This document shows, piece by piece, positions 19,286-29,295 of a stretch of 64,000 nt of DNA. The number at the start of each line of letters is the position of its first letter. Positions within the stretch are counted from its first letter, which is position 1. The notes beneath the pieces are model-generated. The model was not told the origin of the DNA. It was given only the letters and a program-made list of their open reading frames with translations, and made no database searches. Location: NCBI GenBank assembly GCA_965197475.1, contig CBDANF010000003.1, positions 3,584,001 through 3,648,000 on the forward strand, in the 5' to 3' direction. A program made the position numbers and the translations under genes. The DNA is from Candidatus Poribacteria bacterium (GTDB lineage: Bacteria; Poribacteria; WGA-4E; WGA-3G).

Positions 19286-20092
19286 ATGTTCAGAAAGATT
19301 ACATTTAGAGTTCTTTTGTCAGCAATACTCGTCTTCTGTATCACAGTTATTGCGGCAGCACAAAATTATTATCCGACAAATCTCGGCAATAAATGGGTTA
19401 TGGAGAGCGAGGATGGTGCTGAACGGCTTACTTACACTGTTGAAGCATCTGAAGAATCCATAAACGGTAAAGATTTGGCGTTGCTCAAAATTACAACAGA
19501 AACCTTAGGAACAGATTCAATCATAACTGAGAAGTTTTTTGTCGAATTTGACGAAGAGGGAATTAAACTTCACAAATTTGAAGTGGACCTCGGTTCAGAA
19601 GTACTCGGCGTGGCGGCTGGCGTACTATATCCACCCATCCTCTTTTACCCGTTGTCCTTAGAACTTGGTGACTCATGGGAGTTTACGGCGGATTTAGAGG
19701 TCAACTTAGTGGGACCTATCACATTCACCAGTGTTAACAAAGTTGTAGCGGTAGAAGATGTTGTAACGCCAGCAGGAACATTTGAGAACTGTCTAAAAAT
19801 CAAGTTAAGTACAATAACCACCTCTACGTTAGCAATAACACGATCTACCGCCTACCAATGGCTCGCACCGGATTTCGGTCCTGTTAAATTTGAAAATAGT
19901 CAAGATATTGTCTATGAATTGGTCAGTTCCAACCTACTCTATGATGTAACGGGGGATGGCGTTGTCAATATCAAGGACCTTCTTTTTGTAGCTTCTCGGT
20001 TCGGTCAGGAGGATGTGGACGCGGATGTCAACAACGATGGCACCGTAAATATTCGGGATTTGATACTCGTCGCACAGAATTTCGGAGGTTAA
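19286..20092 (+). CDS. Secreted protein, paralog 3: TapB-like domain + dockerin
   Basis: QNYYP..GNKW; EDVVTPAGTFENC; duplicated DVxxDGxVNIxDL dockerin motifs. Confidence 0.85.
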   Translation: MFRKITFRVLLSAILVFCITVIAAAQNYYPTNLGNKWVMESEDGAERLTYTVEASEESINGKDLALLKITTETLGTDSIITEKFFVEFDEEGIKLHKFEVDLGSEVLGVAAGVLYPPILFYPLSLELGDSWEFTADLEVNLVGPITFTSVNKVVAVEDVVTPAGTFENCLKIKLSTITTSTLAITRSTAYQWLAPDFGPVKFENSQDIVYELVSSNLLYDVTGDGVVNIKDLLFVASRFGQEDVDADVNNDGTVNIRDLILVAQNFGG

Positions 20093-20199
20093 TTGGGAAA
20101 TATAAAAGAGGTGTCCATAAATACGCATTACGAATGTAAAAAGCGTGTGAATTGCGCGACTACAAACGCGAAAATCCAAAAACATTTGCCTAATATCCC

Positions 20200-21798
20200 T
20201 TACAAAATCCGCTTTTGAATTTCGTTTGCTGCAAGCGTTTCATCGCGCCATGGAATCTTTTCAGTTGAACAAGGTTCTCCAATCTTTTTATAGCTTTGTG
20301 GCTGCCACGAAAATTTGAGAGCGGAATCGCCGCTATTATAGAATACCACTTCAACGGTATCATCTGTTCCAACAATAGGTCGTACCAAGGAAAGAAATGT
20401 TGATGGCATCTGACCTTTCTCTCCCGTTCTTTTTATGTCTATGATCGGGGCAACTTTACCCAAGATTTCACGGGTGCCGAGAAACAGAGGACCATAACAA
20501 GCGGTTACTGCGCCTTGTCCCCAATTGCGTCCGTGCCCTGCAGCAACGGAGCAAACCGCACCCCCCATATCTGCGTGTTCTCTTCCGCCGCGTAACACAC
20601 GGCGTGCGATACTCAGACGTGTTGCAGCATTCTGTAATGCTCTAACAGCATAGGTAACCTCACCTGTTACTTGATAGGCGAGCGTTAATGTCGCAGTTGA
20701 TGGTTCCTGAATCGGTTTAACCGAACCATCGTCCGACCATTCACCCCAATACGCCATATCCGCCCGCTTTCCCACACCGAGTTCCCGGCGGCGAGTCTCC
20801 TGCGGAAAAATAAGTGCCAGCAGTTCAGGTGAAGTAGATGGAAATTCTTGTAAACCTTCAGTAATGGCATCATCAAAACAGGTATCATTAAATGTCCATC
20901 GATAATAACTGAGTGCTGCCGCAGCAGGGTCATTATACGGGTCGCTAAGCGATGTAACAAGCGGTTCAACAATGCGCTTCGCTGCGGATTTGCAACTCTC
21001 TTCTCCTGATAGAAGATAAAGGTCACCTAAGGCATAGATAGCACCAGAGGCAAGTAGGACTTCAATTCCCGCCAAAGGATCGCCCGGAATGTGATGTGAA
21101 CTCGCGACAAGCCGGTGTAAATTTTTTGCGTTGACTTCTGCCTCACCGAGTCCATTTTCATTCAAATCCCAGAGGAGCGGCATCGGTTCCGGCGCAGCGA
21201 TGATACGCTCAGCACGTTTATGTCCGTACCGCAATGCCCAATCCACATATCGCTTTTCGCCGGTAACACGATACGCAGCGAGGGCGATGTGGATAAAACG
21301 GAAGTGCTCTGCAAGTTCATAAGCATTCTTTTCATCGTTTTCAACAAATTGTGTGCCGATATTGTAGCCAATAAAGGTATCCCGCTTATAATCGTACCAA
21401 GGCGATATTTCCGACACCCAATTCCCGATATGTTCAGCAGCATCGGTTAAGACAGAAATAGCTTCAGCATCATCAGACTTTAACCCGATATAACGAGGCA
21501 AAAAGAGCAAAAATGGTTCCGGTCCGTGATGTGCTTCCGCCTTCGGTTCATATCCATGCACACAATCGCGTTCAACCCAACCGAAAAGTGCAGCTTTGAG
21601 CGCGTCAAAGTGTTCAAGGACAGTCGGATCACCTGTGATTAGATAGTGTGGAAACCACGCGAGTGCGTAGTTTGCCTCATCTTCGCCGCCATTGTTCGGA
21701 CCGGGTGGGTCAAGCAGCATGCTTTGTTTGAGCCAACGACTCATTTCCGTTCTGAGCTTACTATAAGCGTTATAGCATTCGTGGATTTCGGATTTCAT
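20200..21798 (-). CDS. Hypothetical protein (possible alpha/alpha-barrel carbohydrate-active enzyme)
   Basis: 532-aa ORF translationally coupled to the upstream epimerase; rich in helix-forming and aromatic residues. Confidence 0.6.
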   Translation of the reverse strand: MKSEIHECYNAYSKLRTEMSRWLKQSMLLDPPGPNNGGEDEANYALAWFPHYLITGDPTVLEHFDALKAALFGWVERDCVHGYEPKAEAHHGPEPFLLFLPRYIGLKSDDAEAISVLTDAAEHIGNWVSEISPWYDYKRDTFIGYNIGTQFVENDEKNAYELAEHFRFIHIALAAYRVTGEKRYVDWALRYGHKRAERIIAAPEPMPLLWDLNENGLGEAEVNAKNLHRLVASSHHIPGDPLAGIEVLLASGAIYALGDLYLLSGEESCKSAAKRIVEPLVTSLSDPYNDPAAAALSYYRWTFNDTCFDDAITEGLQEFPSTSPELLALIFPQETRRRELGVGKRADMAYWGEWSDDGSVKPIQEPSTATLTLAYQVTGEVTYAVRALQNAATRLSIARRVLRGGREHADMGGAVCSVAAGHGRNWGQGAVTACYGPLFLGTREILGKVAPIIDIKRTGEKGQMPSTFLSLVRPIVGTDDTVEVVFYNSGDSALKFSWQPQSYKKIGEPCSTEKIPWRDETLAANEIQKRIL

Positions 21799-22604
21799 AG
21801 TAGGGAGTTCAAAAAATCAATACTCTGTTTTGCGATTGTTTTTGGGTCAGGTTTGAAATCGAAAACCTCTGTTGAGACATAACCACTGTAATCAATTTCT
21901 TTCAACGCTTCAATGATTGGCGGGTAGTCCACATTGCCAGAACCGGGGAGGTACCCGTTGTCGTCGTTGGAGTGGAAGTGTGCAACGTGTTTGGCACAGT
22001 TTCGAATCTGTGTTGGCATGTCTAAGCCCTCTTTTGCAGTGCTACAGACATCCAAAATCATCTGGAAATTAGGGTGGTTCACGGCATTAACCATCTCAAC
22101 CGCTTTATCGGGGTTTGTGATAAAATTAGTTTGATCGCTTGACAACGGCTCCATGCACAATACTACGTCTCTTTCACCAGCGAGTTCTGCCCCTTCTGCG
22201 AAGGTGTCCCGTGTGGAGTCCCATGCCTGTTCAAAGGTGAGTGGATCCATGACATTCCGCTGCTGAGGTGACCCGAAAACCAGTATCTGTCCGTCTAAAT
22301 CTGCACAGAGTTCAATTAGGGCAAGTAAATAGTCACGCGTTTCGTTCCGAATCCCTGCGTCTGGATGGTTGATATAGAGTCCCGGTGGTGAAACGAGAAG
22401 CCAGTGAAGTCCTGCGATTTCTATCTTTGCGGCTTCGGCGGCTTTGCGGATGCGCGTCCTTTCCGTTTCACTGATGTCTAAAACCGAGTCTGCCAATGTA
22501 AATGGGGCGATTTCGACCGCATCATATCCGAGTTCAGCAGCGTAGGTGAATACATCTTCAATTTTCCAATTTTCAAACATTTCGTTGCATATCGCGAGTT
22601 TCAT
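21795..22604 (-). CDS. Sugar phosphate isomerase/epimerase (xylose isomerase-like TIM barrel)
   Basis: GYDAVEI, MEPL, LD, HFHSND, PGSG, YSGYVSTEVF; start MKLAICNE. Confidence 0.88.
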   Translation of the reverse strand: MKLAICNEMFENWKIEDVFTYAAELGYDAVEIAPFTLADSVLDISETERTRIRKAAEAAKIEIAGLHWLLVSPPGLYINHPDAGIRNETRDYLLALIELCADLDGQILVFGSPQQRNVMDPLTFEQAWDSTRDTFAEGAELAGERDVVLCMEPLSSDQTNFITNPDKAVEMVNAVNHPNFQMILDVCSTAKEGLDMPTQIRNCAKHVAHFHSNDDNGYLPGSGNVDYPPIIEALKEIDYSGYVSTEVFDFKPDPKTIAKQSIDFLNSLL

Positions 22605-22742
22605 TCTTGTCTCCAGTACGTATTTTTTGTGAATTCTAAACGGTATTTGAGATTTTGTCAAGTTATTTGGACTCCTCTTCAGAGGCGTTCTATCTTAGCG
22701 AAATAATGGGTAGGGAAATTACGAATCGATTTCGACTCTCAA

Positions 22743-23579
22743 CTAATCCATTACTGAACCGCCTGATACGGTGACAGACAGTCCTGTAAGATAAGCGGCT
22801 TCATCTGAGGCGAGAAATGCTGCCATATTTGCTACATCAGCACCCTCGGCAAGTCGCCCTAACGGGACTGATACCTCAGAACGACGGGCAAACTCCGCGC
22901 GTTGTTCGTCAATTGAGAGGTCTGTAGACATCATAGCAGCAGCTAAATGTGCTACGCGTTCGGTATCCACAAGACTTGGACAGATAGCATTGACATTAAC
23001 TTGATACGGTGCGAGTTCATGTGCAAGTGACTGTGTTAAACCAATTACTGCGAATTTGGAGGCACAGTAAGCTGCATAACGCGCAGACCCTCGTTTCCCT
23101 GTAACAGAGGAAATGTTGATGATTTTGCCTCCTGTTCCTTGTGCGATAAGATGACGTGCCACTGCTTTGCAACAGAGGAACACCCCCTTCACGTTGACAC
23201 TTTGCACTCTATCCCAATCCTCTTCAGCAAGGTCAACGACAGGCACGCGGTCCTTTCCCGCTTTTGTCCCAGCATTGTTAACGAGGATGTCAATTTTTCC
23301 GAAATGAGAGACGATTTTGTCTGCCATTTCGCTGACCTGTTTTGCATCCGATACGTCCGCAACAACGCTGATAGCACGTTGGTTCATCGCTTCGATTTCG
23401 CGAACGACATCCGGCAACCCCTGCCACTCCGTACCGTCGGCGGCATAAGGGTGTTCGGTTATGTCGTTGACAGCAACATTTGCACCTTCTTTTGCTAAAC
23501 GCGTAGCGATTGCGCGTCCGATCCCGTTTTTGCCACCCGCACCTGTCACTAAAGCGACTTTTCCGTTCAGACTATACAT
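22743..23579 (-). CDS. SDR oxidoreductase
   Basis: TGAGGKNGIG, NNAG, YCASK. Confidence 0.9.
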   Translation of the reverse strand: MYSLNGKVALVTGAGGKNGIGRAIATRLAKEGANVAVNDITEHPYAADGTEWQGLPDVVREIEAMNQRAISVVADVSDAKQVSEMADKIVSHFGKIDILVNNAGTKAGKDRVPVVDLAEEDWDRVQSVNVKGVFLCCKAVARHLIAQGTGGKIINISSVTGKRGSARYAAYCASKFAVIGLTQSLAHELAPYQVNVNAICPSLVDTERVAHLAAAMMSTDLSIDEQRAEFARRSEVSVPLGRLAEGADVANMAAFLASDEAAYLTGLSVTVSGGSVMD

Positions 23580-23737
23580 TGGGTGAGTTTCCCTCGTCAA
23601 AGGTTGTTAATACATTGCTGAAGCATGCAGGTATCAATGGGATAAGCGGAAAGTAATTCCAATTCAGAAGTATCGGATTATATTTGGCAGATTGGTAGGA
23701 GAGACCATGCCCACGAAAAATGGACATGGTAGGAAAA

Positions 23738-24523
23738 TTATTGTTTGATTGCTGCCCACGTTAATGCAAGTTTGCCTGAAGGTTCTACAGCCAAATATTC
23801 TTTGTCAAAAATGAGGTCACCGAAGTTGAGCGGATCCCATGCTTGACCGGGTATCCATCCGATCTGATGTTCACGTACATTGTTCTCACAATCATTCATG
23901 TGGAAACTCAATCCGATAGTTAACCCATCTTTTGCTTTAAAGTCCTTTCCTCTATCCGGGTTACCTGGATTTGGACCGCGCCGTGCTGTCGGGTCAATGG
24001 CAACTTCGTAGATGTAATTATTGAAGTTCCTGGAAAGTGCCCATTGTGTATTGTCTGGTGATGCGGCGGCGGACATGTCTAACCCATTGGCACCGAGGGT
24101 CCATTGGACGAGAGAAGCTTCTACCATCTCGTTGTCGAAATCAAACATAAATTCAACGCTATCGTCTTCCCACCACTTATCATCTTCTGGATGGATTTCT
24201 TGGAGTACATCGTCTGTGATTTCAACAAGAAAGTAAATACGGGTCGGGTCTTTTGAACTCCATGCGACGCGTCCCTTGCCAGTAAAATCATTTGCATTAG
24301 GAAATCCTGCCCCTGCATCTTTTAGTTCATCAAAAGCGACAGCTTCAGCGAGCTCCCATTCACTGATGTCACCGCCTACTCTAAAATTGGAAATCTGTTT
24401 AGCAACGTACTGCTTATTGCGAGCTGCAAAAGTCAAGTTCGTCATACAAAATATTAGAACGAACCCTACTATAACTGCCATAACATTAGTTACGGACTTT
24501 AGAGATTTGGTATATTTTTTCAT
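23738..24523 (-). CDS. Secreted CBM9-like sugar-binding protein with conserved C-terminal tail
   Basis: GDISEW, YFLVEITDD, W..DSVEF.FD, YEVAI; ends AVEPSGKLALTWAAIKQ. Confidence 0.75.
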   Translation of the reverse strand: MKKYTKSLKSVTNVMAVIVGFVLIFCMTNLTFAARNKQYVAKQISNFRVGGDISEWELAEAVAFDELKDAGAGFPNANDFTGKGRVAWSSKDPTRIYFLVEITDDVLQEIHPEDDKWWEDDSVEFMFDFDNEMVEASLVQWTLGANGLDMSAAASPDNTQWALSRNFNNYIYEVAIDPTARRGPNPGNPDRGKDFKAKDGLTIGLSFHMNDCENNVREHQIGWIPGQAWDPLNFGDLIFDKEYLAVEPSGKLALTWAAIKQ

Positions 24524-24580
24524 TTTAATTAACCTTTTGAATAATCTGTTGCAAGTTACATCGCACATCACCAGCATTTT

Positions 24581-24769
24581 CTATCTTTTAAAAATCTGCC
24601 TGATAATTAGAAATGCGCCACCAACGAGAATAATGAACACAGCCACACTAAGAACAAAGGCGAGAAGAGAGACAAAAGCGGCAAAAATCCACTTAAGCAC
24701 TTGTATAAGTATCCAAGCAACCGTAAAAAGGATGAAAATTCCTAAGATGATGAGTAGTATTTTTCTCAT
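24581..24769 (-). CDS. Small membrane protein
   Basis: Two hydrophobic helices from MRKILL. Confidence 0.55.
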   Translation of the reverse strand: MRKILLIILGIFILFTVAWILIQVLKWIFAAFVSLLAFVLSVAVFIILVGGAFLIIRQIFKR

Positions 24770-24840
24770 AGTCAATACTGGAACATTTGTTAACTCTTTT
24801 TCGGTCTTACACAATACAAATTCGTTGCTACCGCTCCAAT

Positions 24841-24864
24841 GTAGGGCGGATATGAAATCCGCCC
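24841..24864. repeat. GTAG-type REP-like palindrome
   Basis: gtag + ggcggat-atgaa-atccgcc hairpin. Confidence 0.5.
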
Positions 24865-24965
24865 GTGCTATACTAAGATTACATGCCACTGTGTATCTTT
24901 CAGTTTATTCTGGAGCTTCGTGATTTTCCAGCAGAACATTAACTGACGGCAGCTGCAATCCATTC

Positions 24966-25727
24966 CTATTTTTTCAGACTACCCCATGTGACAGCCAGTT
25001 TTGCTTTTGGATCAACGGCGAGGCCGCCCTCTATTCCATCGTTCATAACAGAATTAATATCGTCCTCGCTTAACACAGTTTTGAAGATGACGAATTCATC
25101 AAGAAGGCCTTGCCACTGTCGGCTACCGCCCTAGTCACCGATTCTGCCAGGGTCAAGTACACCAGGGTTCCCACCCCAATCGTGCTCTGCGTCTAGTTTG
25201 CCGTTGATATAAAAGTAAATCTTCTTATCCGTTGCACTGTAAGCGGTTGCGATATGTACCCATTTGTTCAATTCACCGCCTACTACAGCGAAGTTGGCGA
25301 ACCTATCGTTGCCACCAGGGTTACTGTGAATAGAAAATTCTACTTTATTGTTAGTATGCAACTGATAGTGAATATCACCAGCTTTCTATCCTGTGACGTT
25401 GAAGAAGACTCGCCAACCGCTTTCTCTGCCTGTACATTTGACCCAGTGTGCGAATGTGATTTCTTCAAACGAACCCATCCTCTTATTGATGTTAACCCAT
25501 TCGTTTGTACCGTTTAACTCAATTGCTTTACCTATTTTGCCATCAACAAATTTTCCACCTTGAAGTTCACCATCAAACCCATTTTCAGAAACATCCTTGG
25601 CATCGCCATCAAAAAGCCACGCAGCAACAATCATATCATTTGATATCTCTGCTGAACCGAGCATGTTGAAGCCCAAAATGAACAGTAAACTTAGAATAAA
25701 TGTGGTAATTCTTAACAAAATTAACAT
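24966..25727 (-). pseudogene. LamG-domain secreted protein with two in-frame TAG stops
   Basis: One reading frame 25727-24966; TAG at 25386-25388 and 25131-25133 where Trp would fit; ends AVDPKAKLAVTWGSLKK. Confidence 0.85.
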
Positions 25728-25876
25728 CCTCTGTATTTCATAATGACCAGAGAACTTTCTGGTTCTTCAAGCCTTCGTTTGATACAATAAGGAATTGTTG
25801 AAACGAATAGAGTTTAGCACGTAAGCAAATTAAATGCAACAAAATTGTGTTAAAATGCATGAGTCTCTGGATTATG

Positions 25877-26758
25877 TTATATAGACCGATGTTTAGCTAC
25901 GCCGCGTGGGTTTTCAAATGCGTCTACCCACAGATGACACCATTCTGCATGGTCTGTCAGAACAATTTCAGGTTTTTTGCGGCTGCGGACGATAAAATCA
26001 GGGTGTGCTGTTCTGCCTGTATGATGTCCTGTCGTCTGAAAACGCAGATCCAACGACCAACGGCACCGGTCAGACTTGTTCGGCTGCGAACGGTGCGGCG
26101 TAAACCGGCTTAGTAAGATGATGTCGGCCAGATAACATTCCAACATCATCGGTTCAACATCTGGCATCAGATCTGGCACAATCATGGTACCACCCTCTTT
26201 CTGATGTGTGAGGTATCCGATATCTTCGGTAATACCAGGCAAGGCTTCAAGGCATCCCATTTCAATTGTGCTATCGCCCAATGATAGCCAATAGGTGACG
26301 ATATTTGAACCTTCTGCCTCTTCCATCATAACACCCGCGTCTTGATGCCACGGAACGCCACCTGCCCAACTCGCATTCCCGTCAACCACTGGCGGTTTCG
26401 CTCGCACATGCTGAATGGGGTTGCAGGTTATTTCGGGACCGACAATGCCTTCAATAACGTCAAGCAGATTGTCGTTTCTCATGAATTCAAAGATAGCTTT
26501 GCCCCGATAGTGCATAATGTCCAGTCCGCCTCCGATTTCCCCAGACTGTGCAAGGAGTTTTCCAAACCGCTTGTCAAATGGTTCATCTTCATATAGGTTT
26601 TCAATCTTTTCTTGCTGATGCAGCGAAATCGCGCGTTCTGAAATCCAATCCTCAATTTCATCTATTACCGGTTGGAGGTCCTCATCTGTTAATGCATTTT
26701 TGACCACCAAGACTCCGTCTGTCCGGTAGGTTTCTTTCTGTTCTTGCGTTAGTCTCAT
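25877..26758 (-). CDS. Phytanoyl-CoA dioxygenase (PhyH) family
   Basis: PWHQD, GCL..LPG, PHRSQPN.S..RWS.DLR. Confidence 0.9.
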   Translation of the reverse strand: MRLTQEQKETYRTDGVLVVKNALTDEDLQPVIDEIEDWISERAISLHQQEKIENLYEDEPFDKRFGKLLAQSGEIGGGLDIMHYRGKAIFEFMRNDNLLDVIEGIVGPEITCNPIQHVRAKPPVVDGNASWAGGVPWHQDAGVMMEEAEGSNIVTYWLSLGDSTIEMGCLEALPGITEDIGYLTHQKEGGTMIVPDLMPDVEPMMLECYLADIILLSRFTPHRSQPNKSDRCRWSLDLRFQTTGHHTGRTAHPDFIVRSRKKPEIVLTDHAEWCHLWVDAFENPRGVAKHRSI

Positions 26759-26911
26759 AAACGTTCTCCTAATAGATGCATTTAGCGATTATAATAACAT
26801 TAACGCGAGTGATAGACAAGGATAATTAGATTTTAGGCATAGTGAGGCACAAATCAATAATCCTAAGAATCCTATAATCTTGTAAATCTTGGTTCAGGCA
26901 AATGCAAGTAT

Positions 26912-27015
26912 AGGACTTACAAAACCCATCCACGATTTATGAGATAGTCTGTAAATTGCCATAATGTTACCTACAGATACCTGAACATGCTCTGAAAACA
27001 GGTTTGCTTAAGTCT
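26912..27015. mobile_element. MITE-like element with imperfect terminal inverted repeats
   Basis: aggacttacaaaacc ... ggtttgcttaagtct; the same end type (tgcgtaagtcc) occurs near 53727. Confidence 0.45.
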
Positions 27016-27064
27016 CAATATTGTGGTAACATTATAAAAAAGATCGCTCAGAGGTAAATAAAAA

Positions 27065-28066
27065 ATGCATGAGAGTTATCGTGTTGCAATTGTCGGTGCA
27101 ACAGGGGCAGTTGGCAACACTATGTTGGAGCTTTTAGGAGAACGCTCCTTTCCTGTTAGTAGTCTAAAACTGTTGGCATCTCACAGGTCAGCAGGCGAAA
27201 TCTTAACGTTTAAAGGTGCACATATAGTCATTGAAGAGTTGACGCACGACTCGTTTGAAGAGATAGACCTTGTTTTTTCATCAGCAGGCGCGTCAGTTAG
27301 CCGGGAATTTATTCCTACAGCGGTTGAAAAGGGCGCATTAGTTATTGACAACACAAGTGCTTTCCGCATGAACGATGATACCCCGTTGGTTGTGCCGGAA
27401 GTCAACATGGATGCTGCTTTAAAACACAACGGTCTTATTGCGAATCCAAACTGTTCAACCATCCAGATGATGGTCGCACTCAAACCGATTTACGATGCTG
27501 TTGGTATCAAAAGAATCGTTGTTTCTACGTACCAGAGCGTTTCCGGTAAAAGTGGACGAGCAGTGAATGAGTTGATTCTACAAACAACCGAGGCGTTGGA
27601 AGGTAAACCGATCACCCTTGATAGGTTTCCGCATCAGATGGCTTTTAATGTGGCTTTTGATTGGCCCTTCACTGACACAGGTGATAGCGAAGAGGAGCTG
27701 AAGATGGTAAACGAAACCCATAAAATCCTTTCCGATAATACTATCGGGGTTTCTGCCACAACTGTCCGCGTGCCTGTCTTCTTTGCCCATTCTGAATCGA
27801 TTAACGTTGAGACACACGAAAAACTAACTACTGCTGAAGCGCGCAAGTGCCTCGCTGATGCCCCCGGCGTGCAATTAATTGATGATGCGGATAATTATGA
27901 GTATCCCATGGCTATAGATGCCGCAGGCAAAGATGATGTATATGTCGGACGCATCCGTGAAGATTTATCAATCCCGAACGGCTTAAATTTGTGGGTTGTC
28001 GCTGACAATCTTCGTAAAGGTGCCGCCTTAAATGCAATCCAAATTGCAGAAGAACTCTTGCTGTAG
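27065..28066 (+). CDS. asd: Aspartate-semialdehyde dehydrogenase
   Basis: VGATGAVG, DNTSAFRM, ANPNCST, VRVPV..HSE, DNLRKGAA. Confidence 0.96.
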   Translation: MHESYRVAIVGATGAVGNTMLELLGERSFPVSSLKLLASHRSAGEILTFKGAHIVIEELTHDSFEEIDLVFSSAGASVSREFIPTAVEKGALVIDNTSAFRMNDDTPLVVPEVNMDAALKHNGLIANPNCSTIQMMVALKPIYDAVGIKRIVVSTYQSVSGKSGRAVNELILQTTEALEGKPITLDRFPHQMAFNVAFDWPFTDTGDSEEELKMVNETHKILSDNTIGVSATTVRVPVFFAHSESINVETHEKLTTAEARKCLADAPGVQLIDDADNYEYPMAIDAAGKDDVYVGRIREDLSIPNGLNLWVVADNLRKGAALNAIQIAEELLL

Positions 28067-28100
28067 GTAAAGACTTCTTGTCGGGTGTCCTTATCATAAG

Positions 28101-29234
28101 ATGGAACTAAACAGAGAAACCATCCCTCAATATCTTCGCGAACGTCAGACTGAGATCGGTTTTTTTGGCCCCGATACGGAGCTGCATTCTGAGGAAATCG
28201 GGGACGGAAATCTAAATTTTGTCTATAGGGTTTCCGACGCAGCACAACCGGAGTCTTCACTCGTGTTGAAACAGGCACCACCCTATATTAAGATTTTGGG
28301 GCCTGACTATCCATTGTCACGCGATCGCTTGACTTACGAATCCCGAGCACTTGAGGTGTACAATAGATTTGCAGGTGAAACAGTCCCGACACAATACTAT
28401 TTTGACAGTGATGCAGCGGTAATTGTGATGGAGGATCTTCGCGGTTATAATTTGCTGCGAGATGATCTTATTGCTGGAAAAGTTAATCAAACTGTTCCTG
28501 AACAAATAGGGAGGTTTATGGGTCGTGTACATAGCCAAACCTATATGAACAATCTTGACAGTGTTTCAGTACATAAGTACCGAGATGATTTTGCCAACAC
28601 CGTCATGCAATCGATCACAGCAGACTACGTTTTCACACTGCCCTTTACCGAGCATGAAACAAATTTCTGGACGGATGGGATGGGTACCGCGGTTGACCAA
28701 CTGAAAACTGACCAACAATTTTTGCAAAAGGCAGATGAACTAAAGAGTATTTTTCTTACAGTACAGCGCGGGTTAACACACGGAGATCTCCATACTGGCA
28801 GTGTAATGGTCAGTGACAAATCTGCCAAGGTAATAGATTCAGAGTTTGCTTTTTACGGTCCTGTAGGATTTGATGTTGGTCTATTTTGGGCAAATTACTT
28901 GTTATCCTACTATTCACATATAGACAACACCAAAGCACAGTCGGAAATAATTACCGCCATTATCCAAACCTGGGAGACCTACACAGAAGAATTTAAGATG
29001 GATCCCTCCCTGAAGTTTCGCACCTTACAAATTATCTTCAACGAATCCGTAGGGTTTACTGGAATGGAGATGTTACGACGTATCGTTGGTGCAGCACACG
29101 TTAAGGATATTGAGAGTATTATAGATGTGCAACGAAAATTGCGAGTTGAAACCGCTATACTCGAATTCGGTAGTTCACTTGTAAAAGAACGACATAACAT
29201 CGCTACTGTTTATGAATTGGTAGAATTATTGTAG
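28101..29234 (+). CDS. mtnK: S-methyl-5-thioribose kinase
   Basis: EIGDGNLNFV, KQA.PY, HGDLHTGSVM, IDSEFAFYGP.GFD.G, RR.VG.AHV. Confidence 0.9.
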   Translation: MELNRETIPQYLRERQTEIGFFGPDTELHSEEIGDGNLNFVYRVSDAAQPESSLVLKQAPPYIKILGPDYPLSRDRLTYESRALEVYNRFAGETVPTQYYFDSDAAVIVMEDLRGYNLLRDDLIAGKVNQTVPEQIGRFMGRVHSQTYMNNLDSVSVHKYRDDFANTVMQSITADYVFTLPFTEHETNFWTDGMGTAVDQLKTDQQFLQKADELKSIFLTVQRGLTHGDLHTGSVMVSDKSAKVIDSEFAFYGPVGFDVGLFWANYLLSYYSHIDNTKAQSEIITAIIQTWETYTEEFKMDPSLKFRTLQIIFNESVGFTGMEMLRRIVGAAHVKDIESIIDVQRKLRVETAILEFGSSLVKERHNIATVYELVELL

Positions 29235-29295
29235 GATGGCATCCATAGATAGCAAACAAGACCACCCAAAATAATAATCATGCCTTAGGGAGACT

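Noticed and set aside
24276-24923. Long antisense ORFs (also 56692-57339, 1476-2018, 33911-34405)
   Set aside because: Shadows of well-supported genes on the opposite strand, with no recognisable motifs.
24966-25727. Stop-codon reassignment (TAG read as Trp or Pyl)
   Set aside because: TAG terminates many ordinary genes here (e.g. 10133, 19119, 28066, 33649), and other broken genes use TAA, TGA or frameshifts.
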